The notes: generated by a model not told the origin, from the letters alone. Counted from the whole stretch's first letter, positions 1-13,632 are shown. The stretch is 63,913 nucleotides of DNA, filler included, from Choristocarpus tenellus KU-1152 (GCA_964200185.2; 10 parts of 10 records of this genome joined end to end with filler, not necessarily neighbours in it); one strand, 5' to 3'. Numbers and translations: made by a program.

Positions 1-1412
1 AATAAGAGGGCTTTTAGTCGAAACACTTTTACCCCTCTTATGCCAGTCTTATCTTTTGAACGAAACATTGAGTCAAGCTTTGAGCTAAGAGCACTGAGTG
101 GAGTACCAAGAGAAGGCTATCTGACACCCTACAAACTGTTGTCAGAGGCAACGCCCCTATAGCGTCGTTTTAAGGTCGTTGGATTTGAGTTGTACATCCT
201 GTGGAGGTGAGTTCTGAGGGGCGCCTGTAACAGTATTGACGAATTGACATTAACAAAATACATTGCACCAACAGTAATATACCGAGGATCGTGTAGATCA
301 TAAGTATCAGTTGTGTGTGAAATAATTATGCCATCCCAATCATCATGCCTGGCGTCATGACTTAAGTTGGTCATCTCCAAGAGCTAAAATTTAACGACAC
401 AAGACCTATGGGACAGACGGAGCACAAGGCAGAAAACGCGAAAACAGAAAAACTACGCATTGCTTACAGTAGAAAACATTATCACACAGTAGTATCGCCC
501 CTCGAAACTAGATAACCAGAACAACTATTCAACCTACTTGAAAAGACCGTCCCAATATACCACTTAGCTCAGACAACCCCACCGTTGATGAACGAATTAT
601 GCCACTCCTTTAGATAAGCGTGGTGTCCTGTGAACCGTATTAGAGCACTCTTATCATACCCTCAGCCAGGGGCATGTTGGATACGGCGCGAGTGGACCGA
701 CAAATACGCTGGTCCTACCTCATACCGTGGGGGAGACGTCATCTTCCTTCACCACTCGGATAACATCAGTCTCTTTGTAGCCCGAACCAAGATCCCAGTC
801 CAGCAACGTAGAAGGCGAGACGGTTTACGTGACCAGCCTACAATAAACACCTACCGGTTGCCTCAAACTTACGCTTTGATGGCGAAATGCCCCAGGCATC
901 GAGTGCGATATCTAACGGAACCTCTCAGATGAAGTACATGGAGTACTACGGTTTTGAAACACAGAATGATAAATCCTGCAGAGGTTTGGCACTGACGATA
1001 ACATACGTTGAAGAGAAAGGTACCAATTTATACACCCAACCAATGTACGAGAGAGGGCTATTGCTCTCGTGAAGGACAAGTCAAGATGACATTAATTAAA
1101 AAAAAACTACTACTTCGTACCACTCGGTATTCAATTGAGGGATGAGGGCAGTATAAAGCGCACACTCACATGCCATAGAGAGACAAACACTTGACAGTTT
1201 TAGTTGATGTACTTGTCAATAGTATAAAAAGGTTATGGGGGGGCTTCAATATTGAACATACTCTGGAGTAGAGAATGGACAAGTATCGAATATATTCAAT
1301 GCCAACCAACTTGAACGATTTTCTGTGTTCGTTATGGATTGTTGTAGTCAGGCATTGCTCGGTCGTATATTGTAACATAAGTCAGGGTCCAAGTTGAAGG
1401 AAGAGAGAGGTA

Positions 1413-1646
1413 GCCAGGCCTCGACCGTTTTTCATTTTTAGTCAGTTTTCAACATTTTGGAATCCTCACCCGTATTTATATGGATGAAGTGCTAAGTAAG
1501 TTTGAGTAAGTTGCGAGCGTTCAAATTCTCCATATTTTCTAAACTTTTCGACAGAATTTAGAAATTCCTACACTCAAAACTGTAAAAAAAAAAAAATCGA
1601 TTGTTGCACAAATTTGTCAGCATGCTTAAAATGCAACTCTTGGTGG
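1413..1646 (-). mobile_element. Family D dispersed repeat (putative MITE), copy 1
   Basis: Reverse complement aligns by eye to 13414-13632 and 15120-15348 (agagttgcattttaag..atgctgacaaa ... atacgggtga ... cctgg.ta). Confidence 0.6.
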
Positions 1647-3763
1647 TACCTCTCTTACTCTTTACTTTCTCAGCAGCTGGGTTTTCGGTAGTAGTGGACT
1701 TCTTTGGAACAAAGGTTGCTTAAAAAACGAAGAGACAGCGTTTGGTTGTGTTCGGTCTTGTATCAGTTTAACCTCGTCCAGGCACGGGAACAACACCTCA
1801 AGCTCTATTGACGATATCCCTTGAGTCTCTTGATTTCTGGAAAGAACGAACACACAGGGTCACCTTCGTCCCATTGCAAGGAGCCAGTAATTGAATTTAA
1901 CCAAGTTTTCAGTTTCTAGAGTGAAAACATACCATCAGTAAACATCACCCTACACCACAATGTGCTGTCCTCTGCACGTTTCATCTGGGCCATGCCTGGG
2001 CATGTTATACACGGGCAGGGAGCTGGAATTTTGGCAGTGATTTCCTTAGAAGACTGCACGCCGAAAAGGACAACACCCGCTTTCGATGTGAATATTGATC
2101 TTGGTGAAGCAGGTGTCCCAGGCGTCGGAAAAGTACCATCTAGAGGGCCACATCACACAGAGTTACGTATACTCCTCGTTTCACGGGCAACTGAGAGATA
2201 GAGGGAGAGACAGAACATCAGCAAGCTAAACTTGACCAAAAATATGTCGTTTTCATTGATGTCCAAGGCAGCACATAGTCCTGCCAGCCTCTGTTTGTCG
2301 CAATATATAGTGTCATACTTACGTTGTGTGTCCTGATACAAGGAGATAAAACACTTTAATGTACGTTTATCTATAGTTTTGGTACAATACATAGTAGTAA
2401 CGTCCATAGCGATATGATGGTCAGTCTTTGATCGTACGCCAGAAACAATGGATGACTAAGACAAAGAAAGCCCCAGCGGATAATTGACAAACAGTGTATG
2501 TTCACCATGTAACCCAGAAGCAGTTTCTGGCGACGAGCCTTTCCTGCACGCAACTACTCACCACAGTTGGATCTTTATCCCAATAAAAGATCAATGTGCA
2601 TCCAGGTAAGAGATCATCAGGAAGTTGGTCAGAATTGCATGTCATAGACTATGGAGTGCCCTAAGCGTTTTGTGATGATACCCATACAACTTGTCTGGTG
2701 AGATGTCATCGAGGGAGATGCGCAAAGATGATAGTGACAGAACAAGGAGGCGAAGAAATACCACTATGTAGTACTTGGAGTACTACGACAGACAGTGGAC
2801 ACCACAACAATCGAATGGTACCCACGCAACCATAGGGTCGACCCAATATACATGTGCTGCTTTGGCGAAAACCCATATAACGTTAGTCAAGCTATGTTGT
2901 ACTCCGGAGTAAATCTTAGCATCTGCCATAGCGAAATGACCTATCCACCGAAAAAGGATTTGGAATGATTCAGCGAGATGTACTTATTCTTACTAAGTCA
3001 TTATATCCCACCTCTAGATCAACAAAACAATTACTGATCACAGGTACACCCATGCAACGACGGAAACAAAACACTCTTCACTTTCAGGTACTTCAAACCT
3101 CTCATCATCTACCACCAGTATGACGAGCTCTAGCAGTCTGTCCCACTCCTCATATCAAATACTGCTCTCCGACTACAAAGCCGTTCAAAGTTTTCGTCTG
3201 GTGCTGCAATTATATTCCTGTCGTGTAGCATTGTTACTCCTATCACACACACACACACACACACACTATTTGTTGCAGGAAGTACAACATACTTCGAAGT
3301 ATGTATGTACCCTGGAGTACTTCAAGGCAACAACAACGAATGTGTATTGTAGAGTAGTCTAGTCCAACTAAAAATGCAATGCAAAGTAAACGGAGCAAGA
3401 GTTCCATCCACATGAGAGTGGCAACAAACACGCCATCTGTCCATCTCTTTTGAGTACACCAATAGTGCTGCATCATTTCCCGACAAGTCAAAATAAACAT
3501 AACTGTTACTACCAAGATGCCTAGCCCTATGTCCCATATTGCACACTCGTCCCTGGTCTAGATGCCTTCATGAGATTGATCGACAGTACAATGATCAGAT
3601 ACATCCTCGATCATATCACAGCTAACCGTCCCCCCACGCACAATACGCAGGTAGCCCGTAACAAGGCCACATCAGAGCACCCATCCATCCGGGTGGGATT
3701 GATCCTCTTAGCCACGCAGGTTATGCCCGGCCTTGTCGAGCCCACACCTCTTGCGGCACTCAC

Positions 3764-3863
3764 NNNNNNNNNNNNNNNNNNNNNNNNNNNNNNNNNNNNN
3801 NNNNNNNTTAATTAATTAANNNNNNNNNNNNNNNNNNNNNNNNNNNNNNNNNNNNNNNNNNNN
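3764..3863. other. Artificial contig linker N44-TTAATTAATTAA-N44; identical linkers at 15434-15533, 28509-28608, 36649-36748, 42820-42919, 47662-47761, 55116-55215, 58355-58454, 61274-61373
   Basis: Nine identical 100-nt spacers with stop codons in all six frames; an assembly concatenation device. Confidence 0.97.
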
Positions 3864-4455
3864 CCTCCCACCCTAAGATCCAAGTCGGTCGTGAGCAAGC
3901 GACAGGGCGGGTGGGCGGGAAAGCTTGCTCGGGGGTCCTCTTTGTTCTAGCACCCCTCTCCTTGTTACCCCCCCTCCAGTTTCTTCTCCAATTCAATACT
4001 GACCATCCCTTCATTCCTCGTGCCTCTGCCTGCCACTCAATTTTTTAACCTCCCAACTGTTCCTTAACTCTTCGTACATTCTTTGTTGATTCTTCTTTTC
4101 TTTCTTGTCCCCTTCCTTGCCCCATGCCCCCAACCAACCAGAATTCTTCCGCCCACAAAACTCAGATTACTTCATAAACTTTCACATATGTAGTGCAATC
4201 AATTTCCCTTATCCAAACGTTGATAATATTTTGGTTATCACAATTATCATAATTTTTTGTAACTTCGGCAAACAAAAAGGGAACTTCGTTGTTATTGGTA
4301 TGGTTACATATGGTCAGTTTCAGTTCAACATCGTCAACTTAATAACTCAATTAAGGTCGCACGCTTCGCTTATTGTACTGTACTTGTTGTACTGTACAGA
4401 TCTAGCGGAGTGCCCAACCATTTGGGGTCAAACTCATACAGGTCATCATATAAAT

Positions 4456-5566
4456 ATGATCACCAAAGTGGACCACAACGAACAAACAACTATTGTGGAC
4501 AACGAGACTTACATCCGACTCATGGGGAAAGGAGTGGATCATTTTCTCGAGGTCGTGCAACCGAAACTCGATCGCTGGGCTGAGAGAGCAGCAAAAAGAT
4601 GGTCTTCGGAAGATGAGAATATGCACGAGATCGGGAGAAGTCACTGGCAGGTCAGGGACTATTTTGGGATGTAAGGCTTTGCTCGACTTCCCTGTACCCT
4701 GCGTGTTCTATATGACAGGTCCTCTTCTTCTTGGAGCTTTGTTGCAAAACGTTTTGACCCGTACACCTTGCCTGGTACTTCTGACTTCTGTTCGACGTGT
4801 TGCACTGGGCAGCATGATGACCACGAGGAGTTTAGGTGAGCAACGCTCAGGGTGGATGAAAAAGATCTGGAAACAAATTTTGAGTGAAAAGGAGACCCAT
4901 TCCAAGTCATCTTCGTGTTGCAGTGTATGCAAATGGAGGTAGCACGAATGATAGGTGTACCAAGGTCCTGAGTCTCAATCATTTCAACTTCTTGTTTCTA
5001 AATGCCATCGATTCCCCCTTGCGAGTCATTACAAGTCAAAGACTGTGCCTATTGCTCTGCACAGAAGCGCATAATCCAACAAATACTGAGAAGAAGTGTG
5101 TTAGGAGTTCAACGAAGTCCTGGAATTTATCGCCTGTCTTCTCCTGTTATTTTTGTACTACTTTGATGCTTTCTTCGTTGGCAGTCTCCTTCTACAGTCC
5201 TGACCTATGTTGTGCACTCCCTGCTTTACCGGTATCTCAATGTGTTTCCTGGAATTGTGTGCGATTGAAAAGAACAGGCGTGTGTTTGAGGACGAGATAG
5301 ATGGTTTTCTTGAGGAGCTAGGGTGTACTCATGGAGAGTTCGCAGCAGTTGTGAGGCGTGCATACGTAGAAAGTGTTGCCGGGATGGAGACGATCGGTAG
5401 TATATACTTGGAGGCATTGTCAGCTATCGATGACTTTGAGTCTTTTGCCTACTTTATGAGCACGATGGCCGTCGGGGCTGGAGTGAGTGGAAACAGTAAC
5501 GAAGCGACTGAAAGCGGGCTAGGAGAGAGCAGGAATAGTGTCGAAGAACAGAAGGAACGCAAGTGA
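4456..5566 (+). CDS. BART (ARL2-binding) domain protein, CFAP36/ARL2BP-like; exons 4456-4650 and ~5273-5566
   Basis: ATG at 4456 and donor CAG|GTCAGG at 4650. The joined protein ...MHEIGRSHWQ|NRRVFEDEIDGFLEELGCTHGEFAAVV...LSAIDDFESFAYFM matches the BART pattern H-x6-FE..IE.FL...G....F...L.A.DDF..F..M. Exact acceptor uncertain. Confidence 0.7.
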
Positions 5567-5857
5567 GCTCTTACAGGCGCTATAGCTGGCCCTGTTTGAG
5601 TTTCCAGCACATTATTTGTCAGAGGGGTTGAGGACCAGATTCACCGTTCTTGTCTGCCTTGCCTCACATCGTAGGAGTGCTGTGTTGATTACAGAAATAC
5701 ATCTGTTTTGGTAATCGGTCCTAGCTTGCTCATGGGACTCACAATGCAATCATGGACGGTTGGGTCACCTCAAGACTGCTGTGCACCTTCTAGTTGTAAT
5801 TTGGTCTACTTCTAGGAGTGGTACAATACATAGGAGGAAATATGACTAACCATTTGC

Positions 5858-6141
5858 GAGTCAAAGTATCTTCAGGCTAGAGCCGTGCCCATTTGGAGGA
5901 CAAAATCTAATGTTGCGGTTTTGATGTAATTTTGGCTATCGTGTTTGCTACGAAGTGTCAATATCCTTGTTCCGGACACACCTTTTCATAGTTTTGTGTA
6001 TGATATTTACTCCAAAAAAACGTACACATTTTCATACTCCGAAATGTTTCGGAGTATGAAAATGTAATAAGAAACCCATGGGAAGTCAACCCGAAACGGA
6101 CAAACAGGGCAAAAATCGTACCCTCTAAGATACTTGCACTC
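5858..6141 (+). mobile_element. MITE family A, full copy
   Basis: Ends gagtcaaagtatctt...aagatacttgcactc; flanks tgc/tgt (near-TSD). Confidence 0.9.
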
Positions 6142-7419
6142 TGTCCAGGTTAATTGGTTTATCCTAGCCAACACTATGTTCTTCAGTTTTTGAGTTCAAA
6201 TCCCATTCATTTCCAAGCAATGCAATCTGTTGGCATGTATGCACACAAGCAATTGAATGTAATTCAGATCGAGATGAATAGATCGGGACCTAAATATCAA
6301 CTGGTGGTTAAGTACTCAATGTAATTTGCTCGATGCATGCACAAAATGTCAGCTTAACCCCTCCCTGTATCTCCAGTATCCACATTTGGAAATCTCAGAC
6401 CGAGGGATGGATTGGAAGCAATGCTTTCATCACTTGTACCTCCGTGTAAGCAGAATTGAGTATGCTATGATACTGAGTGCTATGGAATTTGATTTGTCAA
6501 ACAGGAACATACAATGTTTTTTTTGTGTTCAGATACTATGGAAAATGATATCTTACCAAGCAGGAGGACGAGTTGAATGCTGGATGTGCTGCTGCAGCAA
6601 CGTCATGAGGCAAGCAAGACTGTCAACCGTACATATAGAACTTACTATTCACTACACTGGAGTAAGAAGTCATGACTATGAATGTAGTATCATATTGGAG
6701 AATGGTTACTTCCTCCATTTACTCAACGAGTATTGAACATGCAATAAGTCCCTTGGGAGAGCTATGTGGTCAAGGGTTACTTGATCAAAATGACCACATG
6801 GTATTTGTTTCACTCCAGTGCTTCTTTTGTTCCAGAACTTGTTTGTTCCAGCACTTGTTTCGTTCCAGCACCTGTATAGTTCGAGTACTTTAAGAACGGC
6901 CTTCAAAGTCTTTCAACTGACTTGGCACTGGAGAAATGTGGACTTTCAAGTGATCTCTACTGCTTACTGTAGGGTACCTGTATTGATGGCTGGGGTGCTT
7001 GAAATTATGTTGAACATTGAAGATTGCTCATATTTGGAAGTAAGGCATCCCTTACACACATTATGTGACTGCTGAAAACTCGCACTCCTATCCTGGGAGA
7101 TGGCCAGATGCACCAGTAAAAACAGCACTCAGATCTCATCCTCAAATGAACTCTACAGTACACGACAATATCACACCACTAATTCTTACTATTGTTGAGT
7201 GCATTCCTATTGAGAAAACTACTCTACAGGATCATATCAATAAATTCAACGTCGCTCAATTTGTTGATGCTACCACACAAGAGGTTGTTGACAATTTCAA
7301 TTGATTTTCACCTATGCCCAAAATATCAATTCATCGAAGGGATCTGCTCTACAGTGTTATATACCCTGTAAAAGTGTGGAATACCGTGATAGCCAACATG
7401 AAATGCAGGAAATTGTACT

Positions 7420-9583
7420 TTATTTTGATGTGGCAATACAATCTGGGGGATACACCTTGAGATACCCCCCAGCATCACCGTTGCCTCTTTCTGCTAGAGC
7501 AGTAGCAGCAGCAGCCCTGTGCTTGGGTGGAGGGCGGAATATCCCATCTACAGCAACACTCAGGGTATCATCGATGACCCCTGAAATGATACCCTCCAAC
7601 AAGGGACAGGCAAACTCCAGGCAGGGGTTGGAATTCACCTGAAATGATCAATTGTTAAGAAAAATGGTTAATGTTTATCTGAGTAGTGCGAGTCAAGGGG
7701 GGATAGGTAGCCACTGGCAGGACTAAAATCATTTGGATCTTGAGGTTTGGTGAGTGTTGATGAAGGTTAAACGTCTGGGCAACTGCCTGCACAACCAATT
7801 ACTGTGTGTAGTGACTACTCCAGAAGTTGCCTTCACTCTTACATCTTGAGGTACACCTAAGTGAGCCAAACCAATTGGGAGGTAGGTCGGTTTGGACCCT
7901 TTTGCAGTCTGAGCCATCTTTCCTACTTAGTGCAATATACCCTATTTCATTTCCTTGTGCACAAAATAGTGTACAAAAAATTGGTATTCCCACTTTCCAC
8001 ACACAGAGTGACATCACGATTAAACAAAAGCTTTCTGCTATTGTAAAAAATGGCGTCTTTCCTCCCTTTCTCACGATCCTTAAAATGCAACCCTGCCAAC
8101 CTCTCAATTGGCTTGGCTTGATTCACATTTGATGACTGGTACACGTGTGTCAAAGGAAACAACTATTTTTCCAATTGGCAATATTGTGCACCTTCCAATC
8201 ATATAGGAAGAGAAAATTCAATTTCTACTGTCACAGAAGTCACCTCAAGCAGCCACACATTGAGTTGGTCATCAACTATGAAGTCATATCCCACCAGCTC
8301 GAAGCAATGCCTTTTCCCTTCGGAGTTCATGCCAGCTATGGCTGCTGCCTCCACAGAGGTGGCAACAATCTCGTGCATTCGGGGGCGTAGAACGTTTTCT
8401 ACCCACCCCATCTTTGAGACCTGGTTTGAGTGTACTGAGTTTTCCCCTACGAAATCTACCCCGCCTTCGCTTTTGTCCAGCCAGGCTTGTAAGCCTTTCA
8501 GCGAGAGCTTGTTTCCTGGTTCATGTTGCCCATAAGTAGGACTCTTCTTCTGCACTGCATCATTGGTTAGATGCACAAACTTCCGTTGAACATGAGGATT
8601 GAGGGTTGTCAGGATAACAAATATGTGAGATGGCTCAAAGTATCTAGGGGGGGGGTGGCGGCTGTCCATTTGGGGTCAATTTTTTCCACATCATGATTTT
8701 GTGTGATTTGGTTGCATGCGTCAGATGGATAGTGTAAGTTCACTTCCCCTGGTTAGGTCCCAAATGGATATCCTGGTGTAGACCCCCCCTCCCCCCCAGA
8801 TACTTTGACCCAGGTAGGAATCCCTCTGGAGTCTTGTTCTGTGCTACTGATGCCATCATATGAATAGGAACAGTGGAGTGAAAAGGCGACAGGTGAGTGG
8901 GCTTGCACTCGCACTTGCTCACTCCGATAGGAAATACTTCTCCAAATACTCACTCTTGGTGGCAAGCCAGGAACAACTTTCTTCCCTTCGACTTTGTACT
9001 TTCACTCTGCAGAAGAGGGAAAAGAGAAGGGTGGGAGGGTACAATAGGGCTGCGATATTCACCTCACCCTGTTTTTCAGCTTCTCTGGATGGTTTGTGTA
9101 TTGAACAGAGCACATTCGAACATAGGCATCACGGTGTGCAAAGGCCTTCAGAGCCGAGTTTGGATGGGCTGGTGCTGTATGAGATGATACATCAGGTGTG
9201 CTGTCTCCATCAGTCAAATGGCGACTTTGAGACAAGCAAACATCTCCAGATTGACTTCCATTTGCACTCCTGTCCATTCCCTCATCTTGAGGCTTGCCCT
9301 CATCCCCTAACTCTGCGAGGCGTGTGCCTATCCCACCCTTTTCCAAGTTCTCCATCTCAGGAGTCTCTCCCAATGCATTGCTGTAGCTGTTGCCACTACC
9401 CCAGGCTTTTTTTGTTTTGCAATGCCGGCCTTTCAATGTCGAAGGTACTCTAGCAATGAGTAGAACAAAGAGTCGGATGTCAAATTTTCGGCCATGGACA
9501 AGGAGGGGCCTCTCTATGTAGCGTTGGACCACCCAACCATTCTTCCCTGCTTTATGTGGACCGTCTACAACCTCGAGGACCTC
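7420..9583 (-). CDS. Tubulin-tyrosine ligase-like (TTLL) protein, last three exons: 9068-9583, 8244-8579, 7420-7638
   Basis: Motifs WVVQRYIERPLLVHGRKFDIR, FVHLTNDAVQKK, CFELVGYDFIVDDQLNVWLLE|VNSNPCLE; GT-AG junctions, all phase 0; stop at 7420. The 5' exons were not found in this contig. Confidence 0.9.
8632..8811 (+). mobile_element. MITE family B, full copy in TTLL intron
   Basis: ggctcaaagtatctaggggggggg...ccccccagatactttgaccc; aligns to 43547-43724. Confidence 0.88.
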
Positions 9584-10008
9584 CTGTGGAGTCCGATTTA
9601 GGTTGAAAGTGTGAACATGAACAGAGATATAGGGTGTAGGATGTAAGATACACCAGAGTTGATGAGCATGTCAGTGTCGGAGGTAGAATACTTTGGGTAT
9701 CTAGCACTGGAACAGCAGCCTAGTCGAGAAGAGTGTGAATGTACGTTTGGTGAGTATCAAAAAGTAACTTGGTGTTAATGATGATTTGCTTTGAAGGATT
9801 CATTGATACAGCATGCTTTGGGGAGTTTACCTGAGCGGGTAGCCTGACTCGAAAGTTGAAAGCGAGTTTTTTGGGGTCATTATTTCCACCGCTTGGTACT
9901 GCTCAGGTAAGTGGAACCCCCAGTTCAGAATGTGATGGAGAAAGTGACAGAGCATTCAAGTACTACTTCTAGTTTTTATACATGAGAGTAGAGCACACAT
10001 ATGGAGAG

Positions 10009-10141
10009 TATGAAAGGTGTGTCCGGAGCAAGGATATTGACACTTGCTAACAAACACGATTGCCAAAAATTAATCAAAATCACATCATTGGATTTATGAC
10101 CCTGAACAGACACAGCCCTATCCTCTTAAATGCTTTGGGAC
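10009..10141 (-). mobile_element. MITE family A, degenerate half copy
   Basis: aaggtgtgtccggagcaaggatattgacactt...aaatgctttgg matches the family A consensus. Confidence 0.8.
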
Positions 10142-10219
10142 TGCTCCTTTTCACATTTTTGCTCCTTCTCATAATTGCTAAGGAGTGTCTGGGAGTAGTT
10201 GTAGTCGAAAATACTTTAG

Positions 10220-10535
10220 GAGTGAAACTATCTTAGACGGTACGATTTTTTCCCTGTTTGTCCATTTGTGGGGCTTGAGTCAAAGTATCTTAGAGGGTAG
10301 AGTCGCGTCCAATTGGGGGCAAAAACCCAATGTTGTGATTTTGATGTAATTTTGGGTATCATGCTTGTTAGGAAGTGTAAATATGCTTGTTCCGGACACA
10401 CCTTTTCAAAAGGTATACATTTTATCTGCTCTGAAACATTTTGGAGTAGGAAAATGTCATTGAAAAACCCGTGGGAATCCAAACCCCAAATGGACAAAAA
10501 GGGCAAAACTCGTACCCTCTAAGATACTTTCACTC
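10220..10535 (+). mobile_element. MITE family A: 57-bp terminal fragment (10220-10276, opposite orientation) abutting a full copy (10277-10535)
   Basis: gagtgaaactatcttagacggtacg... followed directly by gagtcaaagtatcttagagggtag...aagatactttcactc. Confidence 0.9.
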
Positions 10536-12262
10536 CCCTGCTGGCTTCGTCCACAAACACCTGAAAATATTTCATGCCTGTCACGTCCGGGTCAATGGGT
10601 CCTTCCAGGTCTGTGTGTACCACCTCCCCAACTGTCTTGGGACTGCGGCCACCTCGTGCGTAACTCAGTGCCTTGAACATGCACTCCTTGTATACCTTGC
10701 AGTGGAGCTCTGAAGCGACTGTAGTATCTGAGATGTCCAGGAGACCTCGTTTCTTCAGGTGCTTTATCGCGAAGGGGTTGAGGTGACCCATGATGTTATG
10801 CCAGTCGGAGAGGGAGAGACGCTATTGCTTATTGGCATAGCTAGCATTGAACTTTGCCTGGCCTTTCTTCCCTTCTCTCGCCTGGGACTGGGCCCTCAGC
10901 ATCAGGAAGGCTCCCTTCTCCTCTAAATAAATCTTGGCTGCCCCCTTGTTGGGCTGGATGTAGATCCTCCTAATCCCTGAGTCCACAAATTCATCTCCCT
11001 TGCGCCGCAGGCTGCCTGTGCTAAGAAGCCTGCATGGTAGACCCGGTACCCAAAGCACCTCCGGAAGTACAATCTTGGTCGGCGAGCCCATCTCATTAGT
11101 TGCCTCTAGGACCATCTCACCAATTGCGCCTTCAATGTACCTTTGTTTCCAAATGTGCATGTGCGGGTGATCTCTGTTGCTGCGGTGAGGTCCTGCAGTC
11201 GTGGGGTAAGGTGCACGTTTGCCCCAGAGTCGCATAGTAGGCTAATTGTCTTGGTCTTGTCTTGAGTAGAGGATGCCTCGATCATCCTTTCGTACACGTC
11301 CTCCCCCACAGATACATTCATGGCTAGGAATGCTCTTGATGATCCCTGCCGTTCAGCCTTGCCTCCACCTCTGCCACCGCTGCTCCGTTCCTTGGTTGTT
11401 GGTGGTGAAAATTTCGGTGTCGCCATCCCCTGGGGGCGCTTAGTATGGGGTTTGCCAGCCAAGTACGAGCGGCATTCTCGCCATCTGTGATTAAATTTTA
11501 AACAGAACGCAATGTGCGCACATTGGTTCGAATCGAGGTCACTCCCGGACCCCTGTCTCCCTGTCTGCATTTCTGCCCCTGTGTGTAGTGCCATAGCCCC
11601 TGAGCTCTTAGTGGTTTCTCCTGTGGCCTCCGCGGTCATATATGAAGATGATGACATTCTTCAGTTGTTCATAAGTAAGCTCCGGAGCTGTGGACAGCTG
11701 TGCAAATACCTGCAGCATACTGTCTCTGATACCGATGATCAGAGCTTCTTTCTTGGCACGATCTTCCTTGGCTGCCTCCAGCTGCTCATACTCTGTCCAG
11801 ACATGATCGAGGCGAATTACGAAGTCGGCAGCGTCCTCCACCGACCAGCAGTACATGTTGCGCAATTTCATCTCTAGAGCTATGAGCTGCATGGGCCGTT
11901 GGATCGCAGTGCGCCCCCCATAGATCTGCTCCAACTCGAGCCAGGCTGCCCTCCTGTCGGGGCTGCCGTTATTTTCGTACGTGCTGACCACCATCGCTGC
12001 AGCTCCCCTCGTGGCCTGGCCCAACAGGAACCACAAGGCCTCATGATGCTTGACGTAATCCTCGTACGTGCTGCGTTCCCCAATCAATGAATCAGCCGTG
12101 GGAGGTGCAGGAATGTGGTATGCTGGTTGGAGGATCCGGTACAGTCCCTTGCCGCCCGCATAGCTCATCAGCCCCATCCTCCATTCTGCGCACTTCTCCC
12201 TCGTATGCCCCTGCGCTCCATTCCATAGTGGCAGCTTACAGGGGTCATGAGGCTCATAACCT
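10536..12262 (-). mobile_element. Ty1/Copia LTR retrotransposon, 5' internal part (gag, zinc knuckle, protease, GAG-pre-integrase, start of integrase); frameshifted and truncated at a MITE
   Basis: Copia-type leader GGTTATGAGCC at ~12251-12261; gag 11608-12177; knuckle FCLKFNHRWREC; protease LLCDSGANVHL; WHNIMGHLN; integrase VHTDLEGP...FVDEASR. Possible 5' LTR ~12262-12555. Confidence 0.88.
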
Positions 12263-13413
12263 ATGCAAAAGAGAGCTATTCTAATAGAGTCTTTGCTTTA
12301 TGTGGTATGGATGTATTTATTAGCGGAGTGAGCACATCCCTCGAGTTGGGGGGTGCTCTCTCTTATTATCAATTGCGCACTTCAGCAACCACGTCAGAAT
12401 GTGCCTGTGTCAGTCACACTACTTCGTTTATCCTCCGTTAACCACTTACGTTAAGAAATAAGAAATCAATTCACCGAGGTTTGAATTTATTTCTCTGTTT
12501 ATTACTCTCACCACAAAGGAAACAAGTAATTGACACTTACTCCAGTCAGTCAACATTTCTGTTGTATAGCACTGGTCACTAAACACATAGAAACCATATA
12601 GACTCCTTAGCCTATATTGCACAAGATTCTTGTCAAGAGCAGGTGGAAAGAAGTCTCTGAGGCGAGACTGAGGTCAAGTCCTGGCCAGAGTATGAAGGCA
12701 CCAGATACGTTTGGTACTTCTCAAATCGATCCTGAAATCTATGTTGTTGTCTCCTTACTAACATGTACAGTTCCCAGGTGGGGTGCCATTTGATTGTGAT
12801 GATAGAACCAGTAGAAAGTTATACAAACCTTTGCTTCACCACAGAACATTGCAACGTAATTGCCTCTGAAAGCTAGAGACCCTTGTTAGGCTGTTGGTAC
12901 AAAGCACGCTTCCCAATTCGCATCAGTAAGAACAAGTCCCTGCGAACTCTTCAAACATTTATGAAACATTAATGAAAGATCGAAGAGCTTGCTGAGACAT
13001 GTAGTGGGTAGGGAAAGTGCTTGAAACGAAGCAATTCCACCAATGAAATATGTAAGCCCAGGTGCTAACTGACCATTGAGTCAATCGGATGGATCGGATT
13101 TGCATCTTTTGCCTACTCCATAATCTTCAAAACTGATCTTGATAACGCCTATATGCTAGAGTTGGCGTTAGGGTTAGGGTTAGGGCTAGGCTTGTGGTCT
13201 TCCATACATGGCCTTTGTGTGGCTTGATGCCCCAACCATGAGTGCTGGTTGTATGTTTCTTCTTCTGTTGGAGAGGTACTACATGTTACTACAAGTATCA
13301 ATGTAGTCCTAAGTGGTCGTTGCTCTATGCTGGGCTGATCACTGCATAATGAAACTGCATGTTCAAGGTTTATTGATGGAAGTCCACAAGGGAGTTAATG
13401 TAATCGAGAAGTA

Positions 13414-13632
13414 CCCAGAGTTGCATCTTAAGGATGCCAGCAAATCTGCGCAAAATTCGACATTTTTTCACAAAATGCGTACAGGACATTTTCCGAATTG
13501 TGTTGAAAAAATTAAAACCATGAGAGAAATCGACCCTATCGAGTCAAACTTAGACCTTAATCCTAAGAAATATGGGTGAATTGCAAAAGATTGGAAAATA
13601 TGCTCGTGATGCAAAACAACCGAAAACCTGGG
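13414..13632 (+). mobile_element. Family D dispersed repeat (putative MITE), copy 2
   Basis: ta-CCCAGagttgcatc...aaaacCTGGG-ta; short inverted termini flanked by TA. Confidence 0.65.

Noticed and set aside
1-3763. Possible very old LTR-retrotransposon remnants (TIYCDKQ, HSHVDGTL, GHVG)
   Set aside because: Motifs are too degenerate to call family or boundaries by eye; needs an HMM search.
8632-8811. MITEs as introner (intron-creating) elements
   Set aside because: This copy lies inside a larger intron and its ends do not coincide with splice sites; no copy interrupts a host exon.
9827-9910. 10-bp inverted repeat ttacctgagc/gctcaggtaa as a TTLL exon or mini-element
   Set aside because: Translation lacks the expected TTL motif; single copy and too short to support.
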